From Promethearchaeota archaeon (lineage in GTDB: Archaea; Asgardarchaeota; Lokiarchaeia; Sigyniarchaeales; SOKP01): 64,000 nucleotides of DNA. The translations under genes and the position numbers were made by a program. This document shows positions 48,071 through 58,130 of this stretch, piece after piece (the stretch's first letter is position 1; each line of letters begins with the position of its first letter). The notes under the pieces were generated by a model. That model searched no databases. It saw nothing but the letters and a program-made list of their open reading frames with translations, and was not told where the DNA came from. The stretch covers positions 64,001 to 128,000 of the forward strand of contig JAEOSU010000072.1 of assembly GCA_016840165.1 (NCBI GenBank), written 5' to 3'.

Positions 48071-49507
48071 TTAAATGGAATTATCATTCTGAGCAAGTTT
48101 CTCTAATTTCTTTTCGAGATCCGAAGCATTATCTTCATCTTGTAGTTCATTATAATAATTCTTAGCCCTCGTATAGAAAGAAGCAGCAAGCTCAAATTTT
48201 TCATTTTTATGATAAATATCTCCTAGAAGGCTGGTTATTTCTGCTGATTGTTTCGTAAAATTCAAATCTTCATATATTTCTAACGCTTCTTCTAAATATT
48301 GAATAGAACTACTTCGATCTTGGAGAAAGTCATAATAAATCTTTCCAATATTAAACTTTATCTTAGCGATTTTAGATTTATCTCCAAATTTTTCATAAAT
48401 CTCTAAACTGATATTAAAATACTCAATTGCTTTTTGATCTTCCCCTTTAATGGTATACAACTTCGCAAGATTTTCTAATACTAATCCTTCCTTGATGTTT
48501 TCGTGGATTTCAAAAGTTCTTACAGCTTCCAAACTTTTTAAAAGCAAACTTTCTGCTTCGATATCATTGTCCCATGTTATTGCGAGTAACCCTAAGTATA
48601 AATAGCATTCCCATTCTAAATGTGATCTAATATATAAGGAAGCGCTTTCCTTAATTTTATCTAATAACGTTAATACTTCTTGGAATTTTTGATATGAGGC
48701 TTCATAATTATCCTCACCTAATAAATAATAAAATTTTCCATATTTAATTAAGGTCTGAATCATTCCATAAATATCATTTTTTTGTTCGAAATACTTGGTA
48801 TTATTGAGTAAAATCTTTTTAATGCGATCATAATCTCGCAAAACAAATAAAGTTTCGACTAAATTACTTGCAGATTTCACAGCTTCAAATTCCAAGTCTT
48901 CCCGTTCTGCAATATTTAATGCATCCTGGTAGGATTCATAGGAATGCTCTATATCGTTAATTTGAAGATAAACATTCCCGATATTATTCAATACTTGAAC
49001 TACTTTATGATAGTCCTTGAGGTTGTTCAATTTATCAAGAGCTCTTTCAAAGTGATATATTGCTTGCTCAAAAAAACCAGTTTCTTCTTCAATTAGCCCT
49101 ATTTCATTATGGCATATTGCAATTTTAAGATCATCTCCCTCTGACTCAAAATTACTTAAAGCCATTTCTAAATTCTTTAAACTTTTCTCTAAATCTCTCT
49201 GTTTATAATATGCACTTGCTTTATTAAGTAATAAATCTCCTACTGGTTCACCTAATAATTCTTTTTCTTTTAATCGATCTTCAATTTCAATTAATTGCTC
49301 TTTTAGTCCTTCATCATCATTCAAATTTAAATCAAAATCTTTTTCATCATCATCATAATTAAAATATTCTATTGAGTGATCATCTGCTTTTTGTTGAATA
49401 CTTCTGCTTAATCCAATATCTACTGTCGATATTAATGGCTTATTACAATATCGACAATATAACCAATCATCCTTAATTTCCCGTTCACAATAGGGGCAAA
49501 GCCTCAT
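48071..49507 (-). CDS. Zinc-ribbon + tetratricopeptide repeat protein
   Basis: CPYC-x10-CRYC, acidic linker, multiple TPR units (NEIG..E.A..HFE.AL). Confidence 0.9.
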   Translation of the reverse strand: MRLCPYCEREIKDDWLYCRYCNKPLISTVDIGLSRSIQQKADDHSIEYFNYDDDEKDFDLNLNDDEGLKEQLIEIEDRLKEKELLGEPVGDLLLNKASAYYKQRDLEKSLKNLEMALSNFESEGDDLKIAICHNEIGLIEEETGFFEQAIYHFERALDKLNNLKDYHKVVQVLNNIGNVYLQINDIEHSYESYQDALNIAEREDLEFEAVKSASNLVETLFVLRDYDRIKKILLNNTKYFEQKNDIYGMIQTLIKYGKFYYLLGEDNYEASYQKFQEVLTLLDKIKESASLYIRSHLEWECYLYLGLLAITWDNDIEAESLLLKSLEAVRTFEIHENIKEGLVLENLAKLYTIKGEDQKAIEYFNISLEIYEKFGDKSKIAKIKFNIGKIYYDFLQDRSSSIQYLEEALEIYEDLNFTKQSAEITSLLGDIYHKNEKFELAASFYTRAKNYYNELQDEDNASDLEKKLEKLAQNDNSI

Positions 49508-49612
49508 AAATAACAGAATTTAATATTTTTAATTAAAATATATCTTAAATATTATGAAAATTAATTCATAAATAGTTTTCTGATCTAAACACAAGGTTGT
49601 TCTCTTAAAACA

Positions 49613-50539
49613 TTAGGGGGAATCTCTACTACTTTCGAGTTCTTTGAGTTCATTATCTATTTGGTGCTCATTTAATCCGAAAGAATTTAAAATAACCTTA
49701 ATTTGAATAATAGCATTCTTAGCGTTAACTTTTTTAGCAATATACAGGGCTTCAAGGTAATTCTGTTTAGCAGATTTAATATTTCCAAGATAAAATAAGG
49801 CTTCTCCGATATAGCTAAATCCTTTGATTATTAATTCGCTATAATTTGATTCTTTTGCTCGTTGAGTTCCCTTTTCAAAATAAGTAAATGCTTTCTGGTA
49901 ATTATTCTCTTTTTTCTCTAATATCCCTAAATTAAAATTTGAAATGATAATTCCTTTGAAATCTTTCATTTTCTCAAACGCTTCAAGAGTTTTTTTATAC
50001 AACTCTTTTACTACATCCCAGTTTTGCTGAGTTTCATGAATATGTATTAAATTTCCAAGACAATCTAAAAGATGATATATATCATTTTCATCAGAACATT
50101 TTGCACTACATTCAAGGAAAATATCACATGCCTCATCCAATTTTTCCAATTTTATTAATGCATTACCCATCCCTATTAGACAAATAATTTCTTCGTTATA
50201 TTGATTGAGATCTTTATATATCTCATATGCCTTGCTGTAGTGCTCATATGATGCATGATAATCCCCAGATTTGAATTTGAGCACCCCAAGAATACCATAT
50301 GTTGCTGCCTTTCCTAAATTGTCCTTTTGTAGTTCAAAATGCTTCAAACATAGCTGTAAATTTTTTTCCGCGTTTATGAATTCATTTATTTCAATCTGTA
50401 GGAGTGCTAAAGTGCTTAGTTCCTGAAAATAATTAGAATCTTTACCTAGTTCTTCTAAGATTTTAATATTTTTTTTAGTTTCATCAATTTTATTCTTTAT
50501 TTGTTCCTCGGTTAATTCAACATCATCTTGTATATGTAT
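49613..50539 (-). CDS. Tetratricopeptide repeat protein (probable ATA start)
   Basis: TPR repeats. The frame stays open 67 codons upstream of TTG 50347, and GTGGTGA lies 9 nt before ATA at 50539. Confidence 0.8.
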   Translation of the reverse strand: MHIQDDVELTEEQIKNKIDETKKNIKILEELGKDSNYFQELSTLALLQIEINEFINAEKNLQLCLKHFELQKDNLGKAATYGILGVLKFKSGDYHASYEHYSKAYEIYKDLNQYNEEIICLIGMGNALIKLEKLDEACDIFLECSAKCSDENDIYHLLDCLGNLIHIHETQQNWDVVKELYKKTLEAFEKMKDFKGIIISNFNLGILEKKENNYQKAFTYFEKGTQRAKESNYSELIIKGFSYIGEALFYLGNIKSAKQNYLEALYIAKKVNAKNAIIQIKVILNSFGLNEHQIDNELKELESSRDSP

Positions 50540-50652
50540 AAGTAAAGTTCACCACAAGATACCTTTTAAAAAATATATGTAAACATTATAACAATGCTTA
50601 CTTATTATTTATTTGTGATTAATGAAATAAGTAATTGAGGGTGATAATAGAA

Positions 50653-51768
50653 ATGAAAAAAGAGGCGCGATTATGGGAAAGACTCGAAGATAATAAAATA
50701 AAATGTTCTGTATGTGCAAATGAATGTATCGTTACCCCAGGAAATCTTGGTATATGCAGAACCCGAAAAAATTTTGAAGGGACATTCTACACTCTGATTT
50801 ATGGATCTTTAATCTCTAACGGAAGTTTAGATCCTATTGAAAAAAAACCGCTTTATAATTTCTGGCCAGGAGCTGTTGCCTATTCAATTGCGTCAATTGG
50901 GTGTTCTTTTCGATGTCAAAATTGTCAAAATTGGTCTATAAGTCAAGCAAGTCCATCTGATAATGGAAAGAATGGATTCTATACGCTTGAAGGTATGGAA
51001 AATCGTAGGATGTCCTTAATAGAAATGAGCCCAGAGGAGTTAGTTGAAAAAGTAATCAAGAGTGGAGCTAAAACCATAGCTTATACTTATAATGAACCAC
51101 TTATATGGCATGAATATATCTTAGATACAGTTCCCCTCCTAAAGAAGGAAGACATAAAGAGCATTTTGGTCACGAATGGGTATTCTACGGCTTCCGCGAG
51201 TAAAGAATTAATTGATGTAGGAATAGATGCAGCTAATATAGACATCAAATCTATGTCCGATGATTTTTACAAAGATATTTGTGGCGTAAAGTCAGTAAAG
51301 CCTGTATTGGATACAGCAAAACGATTTAAAGAAGGAGGAGTTCATGTGGAAATAACAAATTTAATTATTCCTGATTTAAATGATAGTTCGGATGAATTAA
51401 AGCTATTGGCAACCTGGGTTTACGATAATTTAGGAAAAAACACCCCTCTTCATTTCTCTGCCTACCATCCCGACTTTCAAATGCCCTCAGACAAGAGGAC
51501 TCCATATGAAACTTTAGATAAAGCATATAACCTCGCGAAAGAAGTGGGATTAAATTATGTATATGTTGGAAACTTACAGCATCAGAAAGGAAGTAATACT
51601 TATTGTCCAGCCTGTGGTAAAGTAGTTATAGGGAGAAGTGGATATAGATTTTCTGAGATTAATATTACTGAGGATAATCATTGTAAAAAATGTGGGTATG
51701 ATCTAAAAAACGATATCATTGGGAAGATCTCAAAAAATGCTAACCATCGATTTGCCTATTTTTCTTAG
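50653..51768 (+). CDS. amrS: AmmeMemoRadiSam system radical SAM enzyme
   Basis: C..C...C......G.C N-terminus, DPIEKKPL, CSFRCQNCQNW, YTYNEP, PLHFS, YVYVGN, C-terminal CPAC/CKKC. Confidence 0.93.
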   Translation: MKKEARLWERLEDNKIKCSVCANECIVTPGNLGICRTRKNFEGTFYTLIYGSLISNGSLDPIEKKPLYNFWPGAVAYSIASIGCSFRCQNCQNWSISQASPSDNGKNGFYTLEGMENRRMSLIEMSPEELVEKVIKSGAKTIAYTYNEPLIWHEYILDTVPLLKKEDIKSILVTNGYSTASASKELIDVGIDAANIDIKSMSDDFYKDICGVKSVKPVLDTAKRFKEGGVHVEITNLIIPDLNDSSDELKLLATWVYDNLGKNTPLHFSAYHPDFQMPSDKRTPYETLDKAYNLAKEVGLNYVYVGNLQHQKGSNTYCPACGKVVIGRSGYRFSEINITEDNHCKKCGYDLKNDIIGKISKNANHRFAYFS

Positions 51769-51806
51769 GATCATTGAAAAAATAGAATAAAAATAAGAAA
51801 TATTAA

Positions 51807-52475
51807 TTAAAAAAGCCCAGTTATGGATACCCCTATTACTAATAGTAAGAAACCTTGTAATAAACAAAAAGCACCTAAAATAAAAGCTAAGGGAGGCCAT
51901 GATATTGCTTTCGATATTGCCATCAATGCGCCTATATAGAACTTGACCGTAAGTGCAACTATTGCGAAAACAACAATAAAGACAATTATGAGGAGCAATT
52001 TTGGATTTATAAAGACTGCAATTACTTCGACAACTTCATCAGGAATAGAGAGTGCTAAGATAATAACAACTACAGAAGCTAATAAAATGCCCAATACACT
52101 AGATATCGGTAGATCATTGAGTGGTTTTAATAGAGTTAATATACCAACGATGATTAAAAAGACTGAGGTAAACAGACTTTTATGTGGAGAATTACTAGCA
52201 AAGGCTGTGCTGGGGGGTTGATCTAGTATAAGACCGCCAATACCGCTTATTAAGCTAAATATTCCGACAACTATCCCTAAATAGGTAAGAAATTTTAAAA
52301 ATTTGGTAATATCAAAATTCCAATCCTCTACCTTACGCTCCTTAAATGAACCACGTCGTTTGGTTTCATAAAATGCATATACCAACCACATTATCCCCAA
52401 AATCAAGGTGAAAAATCCCGCAAATTGTGCAAGAGGTTCCATAAAATTATCAGTAAAATTAAATTGATATATCAA
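51807..52475 (-). CDS. Multi-pass membrane protein of unknown function
   Basis: About six hydrophobic segments. Confidence 0.8.
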   Translation of the reverse strand: MIYQFNFTDNFMEPLAQFAGFFTLILGIMWLVYAFYETKRRGSFKERKVEDWNFDITKFLKFLTYLGIVVGIFSLISGIGGLILDQPPSTAFASNSPHKSLFTSVFLIIVGILTLLKPLNDLPISSVLGILLASVVVIILALSIPDEVVEVIAVFINPKLLLIIVFIVVFAIVALTVKFYIGALMAISKAISWPPLAFILGAFCLLQGFLLLVIGVSITGLF

Positions 52476-52613
52476 TTATTTTCACGTCCAAATTATAATA
52501 TTAGTTTATTATTAAGATGAATATCGTTAATAAAATATTAATATATATTATAGTCCAATTTTTGAATTCAAGAAAATTTTTAATATAAAATAGAAGAATT
52601 GAAATTTCAACGA

Positions 52614-54308
52614 TTAGTTTATGAATGATACTGTCTTATCAACATAATCTAAATAATTTTGGATCTCCATATTTTTCTTAGCCTTATCCCATGAATATTC
52701 ATTTTTCATTATCTCAGCTACAATTTCTGCCGCTTCAGATGCTTTTCGATGGTCAATCCATAGTGACATTTCAGTTCGACGACAGAATAAATCGATTAGA
52801 TGGGTGGTTAATTCGTATCGTAGCGTATAAACAATTTCTGCCTTTATAAAATAGTTCTCATCAATGATTTTCTCCTTAAGTGTAGGATCTTGTCTGATTA
52901 ATTCAAGGATTTTGAGCGCTCCTTTGCCATATTGTTGATAAAGATGGTCTGAACCGTCATTATCCAATTCAATATCGAACTTTTGACGAGCTTTTTCCCA
53001 ATCCTCCTTTTGAAATGCTATAATATATTCTTGTCTTGAAAAATGTTTCTCTCTCTTAATATTGGAAAATATATTTAGCTCTTCTATTTTTTCAAATAAA
53101 TCTTCTGCCATAGCTCTCCAAGTTGTCAACTTTCCACCAGTAATAGTCATTAATCCATCTTTAGAATGAAAGATAAGATGTTTTCGAGAGATCTCACTTT
53201 CAGATTTACCTTTTTGCATGACTAATGGCCGTATTCCCGCATATGTAGACAATATATTCTTATAATCTAATTCCGCATTCGGAAAATAATATTTAGCAGC
53301 TTCAATGAGATAATCCGCATCCTCCTTATCACAAAAGGGATTTGCTAAATCTCCCTTATAATCAGTATCAGTGGTTCCGACTATTGTATAATGTTCATTT
53401 CGGGGCAATACAAATAAAAATCTACCATCAGATTTAGAACGGAGTATAGTTGCCATATTATTTTTAACATGCTCTCTTCTAAACTGTAGATGTACTCCCT
53501 TTGTCGGTCGTATTACTGGATTCGGAATATCATCTGGATAGTTCTCCACTAACTCGTCCGTCCATATTCCAGTCGCATTTACTACTAATTTGGCTTTTAC
53601 TTCAAATTCAATATTGTGTTCCAAATCCATGCATTTTATTCCATATATTTTCCCCTCATGTTTAAGGTATCCTATTACTTTGCAATAACTCAGAGCGTCA
53701 GCTCCCCGAATCACGGCTTCTTTGATAGTCTCTAGTGTTAGACGAGCATCATCGACGTTATTATCGTAATAAACAGCACCTCCTAGATTTCCCTCTCTAA
53801 TATACTCTGGTTCCATTTCGAATACCTCTTCAGGAGAATACCACTTGTATTGTTTATAGTTTTTAAACTCTGAATCCTTGTCGCTTAGAAAATCGTAAAC
53901 TTTACAAGCACCCTCAATTACCCGTTTTTTATATGTGCTACCTTCTAGATGTACAAACAAAAATGGTAGAGGGCGTATCAAATGTGGTATATGAACCCTC
54001 ATCCAATTCCTTTCTCTCGTAGCCTCCTTAACTAGGTCCATATCGCCATGACTAAGATATCGGATACCTCCATGTGCTAATTTTGTACTTCGCGACGAAG
54101 TCCCAGCTGAAAAGTCTTGCATGTCAATGATTGCAACCTTAAGACCTCTCATCGTAGCTTCTCTCGCGACTCCAGAACCTGTGATACCCGCTCCAATAAT
54201 AAATATATCATAAATTATAGATTCTAAATTCTGTCTAATTTTACTTCTTGCTTTTTCATTCCACAATCCGTCAAATAATCTCTCTTCTAAATTTGCCATT
54301 GATATCAC
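52614..54308 (-). CDS. glpA: FAD-dependent glycerol-3-phosphate dehydrogenase/oxidase (GlpA/GlpD)
   Basis: GAGITG, GTSSRSTKLAHGGIRYL, DDARL, GTTD, AGIRPL, GGKLTT.R.MAE. Confidence 0.93.
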   Translation of the reverse strand: MISMANLEERLFDGLWNEKARSKIRQNLESIIYDIFIIGAGITGSGVAREATMRGLKVAIIDMQDFSAGTSSRSTKLAHGGIRYLSHGDMDLVKEATRERNWMRVHIPHLIRPLPFLFVHLEGSTYKKRVIEGACKVYDFLSDKDSEFKNYKQYKWYSPEEVFEMEPEYIREGNLGGAVYYDNNVDDARLTLETIKEAVIRGADALSYCKVIGYLKHEGKIYGIKCMDLEHNIEFEVKAKLVVNATGIWTDELVENYPDDIPNPVIRPTKGVHLQFRREHVKNNMATILRSKSDGRFLFVLPRNEHYTIVGTTDTDYKGDLANPFCDKEDADYLIEAAKYYFPNAELDYKNILSTYAGIRPLVMQKGKSESEISRKHLIFHSKDGLMTITGGKLTTWRAMAEDLFEKIEELNIFSNIKREKHFSRQEYIIAFQKEDWEKARQKFDIELDNDGSDHLYQQYGKGALKILELIRQDPTLKEKIIDENYFIKAEIVYTLRYELTTHLIDLFCRRTEMSLWIDHRKASEAAEIVAEIMKNEYSWDKAKKNMEIQNYLDYVDKTVSFIN

Positions 54309-54368
54309 AAAGTAGAATCTTAGATGTTAATTAAAATTTATTTGATTGTTTAACATATTTTAAATTAA

Positions 54369-55553
54369 TCAGGGAAAGTAAGGTTTGTCTTCTAGAACGA
54401 ATTCCATGTATCTTTCAATGTACTGAATTAGCTGATTAAAACTTGGAGAAAATCCTGTTCGTACAAAAATCGCTGTTAAAGCATTTCCAATTAATATTGA
54501 TTCGGGAGGAGTCATCTTGGTTGTGAGTGATAGTGCAACTCCCGAGTTAAAATGATCTCCTGCAGCAACTGTAAACTTTGGGGTTGATGTATAACCCTCT
54601 GTAATCCAATAATGATCGGAATAAGTTGAAATGGTAGCAAAATGAGGTGAATGAATAACAAAATATGATAAATTAATTTCATCATTAATTAATCGCCCTC
54701 CTTTGACAAAATCTTTATTGTTTTCTTTTTTGGGTGTAATAGGTTTAACATTACTTAAAATGTGAGAAAGCCTAATGGCTTCTCGATCGTTAACGGTTAG
54801 CATTACTGGGATTTCTTGATCTACTTTTTGGAGTATCGCAATCATCTTATTAATATCCTCTTTCGATCGCTTTGTAATATCTGCAATGTCCACAAAAAAA
54901 AGTTTACTTTTTTTGTCTGTAACAGAAGGGAATAGGTTATCCAAGAAATAATCCCAAATATCATTTAGATGTGGGATTAAAGCCCAGTGTCCAAATCCAA
55001 GTATATTGGATTTATTAATATACTCTATTAATTTTGATTTTGAGACAGATTTCATAAGTGTTTCCGGATTTATATTAAGAATCGGTTCAAAATCTGTAAT
55101 CATTATTTTTCCATCATCAAACTCCAATCCAAGAGTCTCTCCTGGATTTGCGATTGATATTGATTCTACTAAGGATGATGATTTATAATATTGAGAAAGA
55201 TCAGGGCGTCCTAACGCCGCCACTAAAATGGTTTTAACACCTAAAGCATTTAACGCTCGACTGGTATTAGGAGCAAAACCTCCAAATATTCTCTTTTTTA
55301 AAACTCTCTCAATATTAGCAGAACTTCCTGCGATATCAATAATTAAAGTACCAAATTCCTTCATTGATTCCATTCTATCCCAATTTATCGCATCACTTCT
55401 ACTCTTGACTATTGAATAAAGTAAATCCAGATATCCATCAAAACCTAAAAAGCATGTCTTTATTATGGCTTGACGTTTAAAAGTATCGAGTTTAGGACTA
55501 ATATTATCGAGAGTTTCTAAAGTTACATCATATGCATTCAGCCTTTCGTACAT
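54369..55553 (-). CDS. PfkB/ribokinase-like carbohydrate kinase
   Basis: GFDG..D, GG..PN, N.RE, AAGDHFNSG anion-hole motif. Confidence 0.8.
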   Translation of the reverse strand: MYERLNAYDVTLETLDNISPKLDTFKRQAIIKTCFLGFDGYLDLLYSIVKSRSDAINWDRMESMKEFGTLIIDIAGSSANIERVLKKRIFGGFAPNTSRALNALGVKTILVAALGRPDLSQYYKSSSLVESISIANPGETLGLEFDDGKIMITDFEPILNINPETLMKSVSKSKLIEYINKSNILGFGHWALIPHLNDIWDYFLDNLFPSVTDKKSKLFFVDIADITKRSKEDINKMIAILQKVDQEIPVMLTVNDREAIRLSHILSNVKPITPKKENNKDFVKGGRLINDEINLSYFVIHSPHFATISTYSDHYWITEGYTSTPKFTVAAGDHFNSGVALSLTTKMTPPESILIGNALTAIFVRTGFSPSFNQLIQYIERYMEFVLEDKPYFP

Positions 55554-55582
55554 AGATAATGATATTAAAGCTTTTATTTAAA

Positions 55583-56554
55583 TTAATCAGATAATAAACG
55601 ACTCAAAATGAGTGGAAGGGAATATATATCCCAATAATTATGATGTATTATTTCTCGTATTACTCCCACGTATCTGTAAGGGTCTTCGAGATATAATTTA
55701 TAACAGAATCCCACCAAACTACTTGGGAGTTCATTGTCTCTTTTGATTTCTAAGAGTTTTCTTTCCATATTAGTGAGGGTATAGCTGTTGAACATTCCTT
55801 TATATTTTCTACGACAGTTATGATACAAATCAATATGGTGATACCTTGTATTCGAGTTTTCATAAGGAATTTCATCACTGGAAATCATAGGATTTTCTTC
55901 GAAAAAATACAAAAGTCGATTTGCTATATAAGGAATATCAAAACTTTTACCATTAAAAGAGATAAAGCATTTAAAATAAGGGAGAATTTGTTTACGGAAA
56001 TGGTCGCATATTGCAATTTCCTCTTCTAAATCTCGAGCAAATAGAATTCTTATCTGAAATTGATTATCTTGAAAAAAGCCAAGGCCAATTATGATTATTG
56101 GACTATCATATATACCTAGCGTTTCAATGTCAATAAATAGAAGATCTTGGAGATTGAAGCAAAATGATACATCTAAATCATAGATATAACTATTCTGTAA
56201 GAGACGCTCGTATTCTTTTCTTTTTATTAATTCTATTAACTCTAAGGCAGATTTATTATATCGCTTATGGATTCTTAAATCTAAAATGGATTTAACTCCT
56301 TTCTTCACCAAGTTTTGCTCTATTTTTTCTCCGATATAATACACGGTCTTGAGATTTCTAAGAAGTTTTTTCCGAGTGGCAAGTAAATTTAAATTCCAAC
56401 TAGGATTTTCAACTGACCAGCTAAGTTCCATAAAAGAGCCAAAATCATTGGTGATAATTGAATGTTGATCAAAAATATGCTCTAATTTCTCTCCGCTATA
56501 TTGATCTAGCAATGCACTGATATCAAAACTATCAAAATTATAGTAATAATCCAT
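55583..56554 (-). CDS. YprB/RNase_H_2 family DEDD exonuclease
   Basis: FIDIETLG, FNGKSFDIPY, HIDL, HN..D; HhH-like VYYIG segment. Confidence 0.88.
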   Translation of the reverse strand: MDYYYNFDSFDISALLDQYSGEKLEHIFDQHSIITNDFGSFMELSWSVENPSWNLNLLATRKKLLRNLKTVYYIGEKIEQNLVKKGVKSILDLRIHKRYNKSALELIELIKRKEYERLLQNSYIYDLDVSFCFNLQDLLFIDIETLGIYDSPIIIIGLGFFQDNQFQIRILFARDLEEEIAICDHFRKQILPYFKCFISFNGKSFDIPYIANRLLYFFEENPMISSDEIPYENSNTRYHHIDLYHNCRRKYKGMFNSYTLTNMERKLLEIKRDNELPSSLVGFCYKLYLEDPYRYVGVIREIIHHNYWDIYSLPLILSRLLSD

Positions 56555-56659
56555 TATCTTAAGTAAAAGTATTGAAATATTTATTAATTCATGCTCTTAA
56601 GATTTTTAATAAAAGTAATACCATAGAAAGGATTGAATGATTTTGAGTTATACAACGTA

Positions 56660-57994
56660 TTAGTAGTTAATTTTAGGAATAGTATCATCTCTTTCACTGC
56701 GAGAGGGTTTATATTTAAAGAATCTTCGTGATTCACTATCCTCTAAGACATAATTGCTTCCTCCGCCATGTACCATACAATAAGGATCCAGCAGACCAAT
56801 TTCATTCGCATATTGCCGAGTAAATCCTCGACCCCCCATAGTCCTGAAACAATGTATGGCACTTTCAAACCCTAATTCCGTTGTACTAATCTTTAGTCCC
56901 ATAGCATTAGCTGCCATCAGTTTTGAGCTTCCCAGTTCAGGATCTTCATCCAATTGTCTTGTGTAGTTAATTAACGCAGATATATGCAAATTTAATTCTC
57001 TTATTTTCCGAGATATTGGAAATCTGATAACTTGATATTGATGTAATCTTTTTTCAAATTGTCTTCGTTGCAAGGCATATGCATGAGAATAAAGTAGTTT
57101 TTTCATTGCATCACCTAATGCTTCAGCGCTAATTACCAATCTTTCTTCAGTTAATTGATGAAATGCGATATCTAAACCATGACCTTGCAGAAGGTTCTCT
57201 TTTGGGATTTCAACTCTGTCAAAGATAAGCCTACTTACAAATGCATCAGTCATACCATAAGTTCTTACACGCATACTACGAAAATCCTTTACTTGTTGAT
57301 TTTCAGTTTCAAAAATTATTGCACCTAATTGCCCATTGTCTAATCGGCCATATATTATGATATAATCAGCGATCATTCCATTAGTAATAAATAATTTCTT
57401 ACCTTTTGCAATGATTTTATCATCTTTTTCATATAATCTTAACTCCATTCTAAAGATATCTGATCCCGCATTGAATTCTGTCATTGCAGAAGCACCTACT
57501 TGACCATCTTTTGCGACGGGAATTAGGTAACGCTCTTTTTGCCATTCATTTGCCGCATAATTAACAGGATTGCAATATAAGGTACCACCCGCCAGTCTTC
57601 CCATTTCAATACTGTAATTTCCGGCGATATATCTCTCACTATATTCACTCCAGCGCCCTCCACATAATGCATAAGCTATTAATGCATTACGTGTAATTCT
57701 ACCTACTTCATAATCATCAGTATTTAGAACCGTTGAATAGTAGCCTCTTTTAGCTAATTTTTTCATGATCCCTATGACTATCTCTTTCTTCTTTTCTTGA
57801 GTAGGTTCTTCAACAAAATAGTTTAATTCTTCTAATTTTCTTAATTCGACATCAATTTCGTTTTCAATAAATTCGTATAATTCTGCTAAAAATTCCTTCT
57901 CATTTGATTTAAGAACGGGATTATTTAATAAATCTAATTCAGGGACATAGCGCTGGATTTTAATCTTTTCAAATTCGCTGATTCTTGTATCCAT
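56660..57994 (-). CDS. Acyl-CoA dehydrogenase
   Basis: AMTE..AGSD, G.K.FITNG, EERL, R.QF....YQ, MGGRG. Confidence 0.92.
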   Translation of the reverse strand: MDTRISEFEKIKIQRYVPELDLLNNPVLKSNEKEFLAELYEFIENEIDVELRKLEELNYFVEEPTQEKKKEIVIGIMKKLAKRGYYSTVLNTDDYEVGRITRNALIAYALCGGRWSEYSERYIAGNYSIEMGRLAGGTLYCNPVNYAANEWQKERYLIPVAKDGQVGASAMTEFNAGSDIFRMELRLYEKDDKIIAKGKKLFITNGMIADYIIIYGRLDNGQLGAIIFETENQQVKDFRSMRVRTYGMTDAFVSRLIFDRVEIPKENLLQGHGLDIAFHQLTEERLVISAEALGDAMKKLLYSHAYALQRRQFEKRLHQYQVIRFPISRKIRELNLHISALINYTRQLDEDPELGSSKLMAANAMGLKISTTELGFESAIHCFRTMGGRGFTRQYANEIGLLDPYCMVHGGGSNYVLEDSESRRFFKYKPSRSERDDTIPKINY

Positions 57995-58130
57995 TTTAAA
58001 TCAATAAATTAAAGTAGTATATCTTGAATATTATAACTCTAGTAATTTTAAAAGTTTAAAGGTAAAAAAACTTTATAACTAACAAATTTAATTGATTTTA
58101 AAAAAAATTTAAAAATTTAACAATAAGAGT

